DNA from: the human T2T-CHM13v2.0 reference genome, Homo sapiens | Direction: 5' to 3' (one strand) | Length of the DNA stretch: 64,000 nucleotides | Assembly: GCF_009914755.1 (NCBI RefSeq) | Contig: NC_060936.1 | In this document: positions 61,454 to 64,000 of the stretch, piece by piece | How the letters are laid out: each line of letters begins with the position of its first letter | How positions within the stretch are numbered: the stretch's first letter is position 1 | Program-made: the position numbers and the translations under genes | The notes under the pieces: generated by a model | Databases searched by the model: none | Seen by the model: only the letters and a program-made list of their open reading frames with translations | What the model was told of the DNA's origin: nothing

Positions 61454-62556
61454 ATATCAGATGGCTAACTGACCTTGCTTGCCAGCTAAGGGTTTCACTT
61501 CTACATACCAAACTTACTGAGTGTGATTCAAATCCAAGCCCTAGAATTATTTCCTAAGCATTATCCATGTCAAATACAATAAATATTATATTAGGCACAA
61601 AAGGAAAGATTTAGAGGGATATTTTATCTGAAATCATTGCTCCCTCTCAAAGTGACATGAAATAGTTATTCAGAAATGTTTACATATCACATATAGACAA
61701 AATTCTTCAAACTAGTGTTTGAAATGATGATTAAGCCAGTTTATAAATCAAAAACAAATCAACAAATTCAAGCTATTGTAAGTTCTTTTAAAATTTAGCT
61801 TTAAACTCTATGTAGGCTTATCCTTATGTATTTTCTCCATGGAATTTTCCTGCCGAAATAACTCAAAAGGTAATGAGCTTGGTTTCATTTCTGACATTTT
61901 ACTATTTTAACCTTTCAAAATTTTATGAAAAAGAATCAAAGCTTCAGTGGATTTAACATATGCTCTCAAAAATATCTTAGCAAAAGTAATAGTACTAAAT
62001 GTAATTACCAAATTCTGGTGTGGCTCAAAATTCAGTTTGAATTGCCATATGGAATCAGGATTCTGAACAGGGCCACTTTGAAATCAAACTTAGAAATGTT
62101 AAACACTATAAAAATAAAAGCCTCTGCTTATATGAATGACTAAGCAATATTAATGATACTATGAAAACCATATCCAATCAAAGTGATAATGGAATTTCTT
62201 TCAAAAAGCAATTCAGCTTTTGGACAAGTCTTTGAAGCTCTCTGGAACAATCGCATCTGCTCTCTTTATTAATACTCCAAATCTCACAAAGGTTTGAGGT
62301 ATCTTGCAAAAAAATACATATAATGAAAGAACAAAATAGAAATAAAATAAAATGCAAAACCAAGGAAAATATGAATCAGAATATGAAGTCACAGCTAAAA
62401 ATTTAAAAAGAGAATGCCCATACATAATCTACAAGATCCTACTAAGTTGCTGTAGTTAATTTAAGCAGTGAATTTGTTCTTGAGCTTTCTGGTAGTAAAG
62501 TGAAAAGGAAAATATAGTTTCATAGGACTCGTTGTTCAAAAGGAAGAATGAATTAG

Positions 62557-62901
<345 letters not shown>

Positions 62902-64000
62902 TAAAAAGTTATTTCTTGTCATGTTTCTCCATGCAAGTTGAGAGGATAAAGCAAAAGCAATATGCACAATGAATCAGCAAAGGGCTCATTATTAAATGTT
63001 TACTGAATGCCTAGAATGTTAAATAGGGATAATAATATTTAGTTACTTTCCTCCGAGTTCTAAGATGGTTTTCTGTGATTAAAATATAACATTTAATTTG
63101 CATATAAAGGAGAAAGAATCGAGTAGCCTTAGAGAACTACTAAATCTTTAAGATGTCAAATTCAATTACATTCTTTAGAAGTGTAATATTTCCTGAAGAG
63201 AAAAAGAGCTAAATATAGACTCTGGAGGAAAGATGCAATTTATGAATTAAACCCAAGAGATTCTCAGAAAATCGTGTAGCCATTTTAAAGTTAACAAACT
63301 TGACCTTTAGTGGTGATTGGCTTTTTGGTTTTGATAATATATGCCTTTTATTTGGTACCATCTAAGCCTCGATCAAAGACTGATTGTCTGAAAAAAGGAA
63401 ACTAAGAGTTTACTTTGGTCATATTCATGTAAAGCTTATATACAGACTAAATAGAATAAATTGTTGTGTAACAAAAAAGAAACACTTTTGGTGTTCAAAA
63501 TTAATATTTAAATTAATTTGACCTAAATTCTATAATTCATTAATAGCAAGTATTTATTGAATGTCTACTTTGTGCCATTCAAAGGAACATCATTCTTGTT
63601 GTTCTAGGAATATCATTTATTTGAATTAAGCCATTTTAGCTATTAAAGTCCTTCCTAGTGAGGCCTCACCAGAAGTTAAGTAAGTTAAGAGTAACGAGCA
63701 ACTTTCTTTCACTGTACGTGAAACTCTCCACTAAAGATAGGCTTTTTTTTTTTTTTTAATGTCCAGGGATGAATAGACAAAAAGTGATCTGAGAGTGCTG
63801 TATGTCCAAGGAGAGAGAAGAGTGCCCAATTGGAAGGACAAAAGCACCTTAAACACACCCTCCACTTGCTAAGATTTATAAATATTAGACTTTTTAAATG
63901 CTAGCACAAGTCCATTTTCCAGGCCATTCTCTCCAAATACATGAAATAAAACTCTATTGAACCAAATCCACTCACTGATGCAATCTTTTATTTGATAACA

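Overview
Human genomic DNA: an AluYb8 (human-specific subfamily) is present. The window covers the middle of FAR2 (fatty acyl-CoA reductase 2) on the + strand. Nine coding exons can be read with GT-AG junctions in consistent phase, giving 1257 nt / 419 codons from the ATG at 2985 to 54456. They include the TGATGFLG NADPH-binding motif and the YTYTK catalytic motif; the 3' exons lie beyond the window. The introns are dominated by transposable elements: a MER11 solo LTR, about 18 Alus, several L1s, a Tigger4-type MITE and old L2/MIR/MER5 remnants. The most unusual structure is at 7088-8002. Two HERV-H LTR7-family LTRs face each other as an inverted repeat, both followed by tRNA-His primer-binding-site sequence. 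They carry different poly(A)-signal variants yet are bounded by a single 5-bp target-site duplication (TSD), which suggests a palindromic U3-to-U3 retroviral insertion. It is the innermost layer of a three-level nested insertion. Other notable items: a near-full-length L1PA3/4 with a twin-priming inversion of its 5' promoter, a 3'-truncated L1 with an apparent TSD and no poly(A), and a ~95-120-bp direct duplication bracketing a 2.6-kb block. Repeat subfamily calls come from recalled consensus motifs, not a database search.
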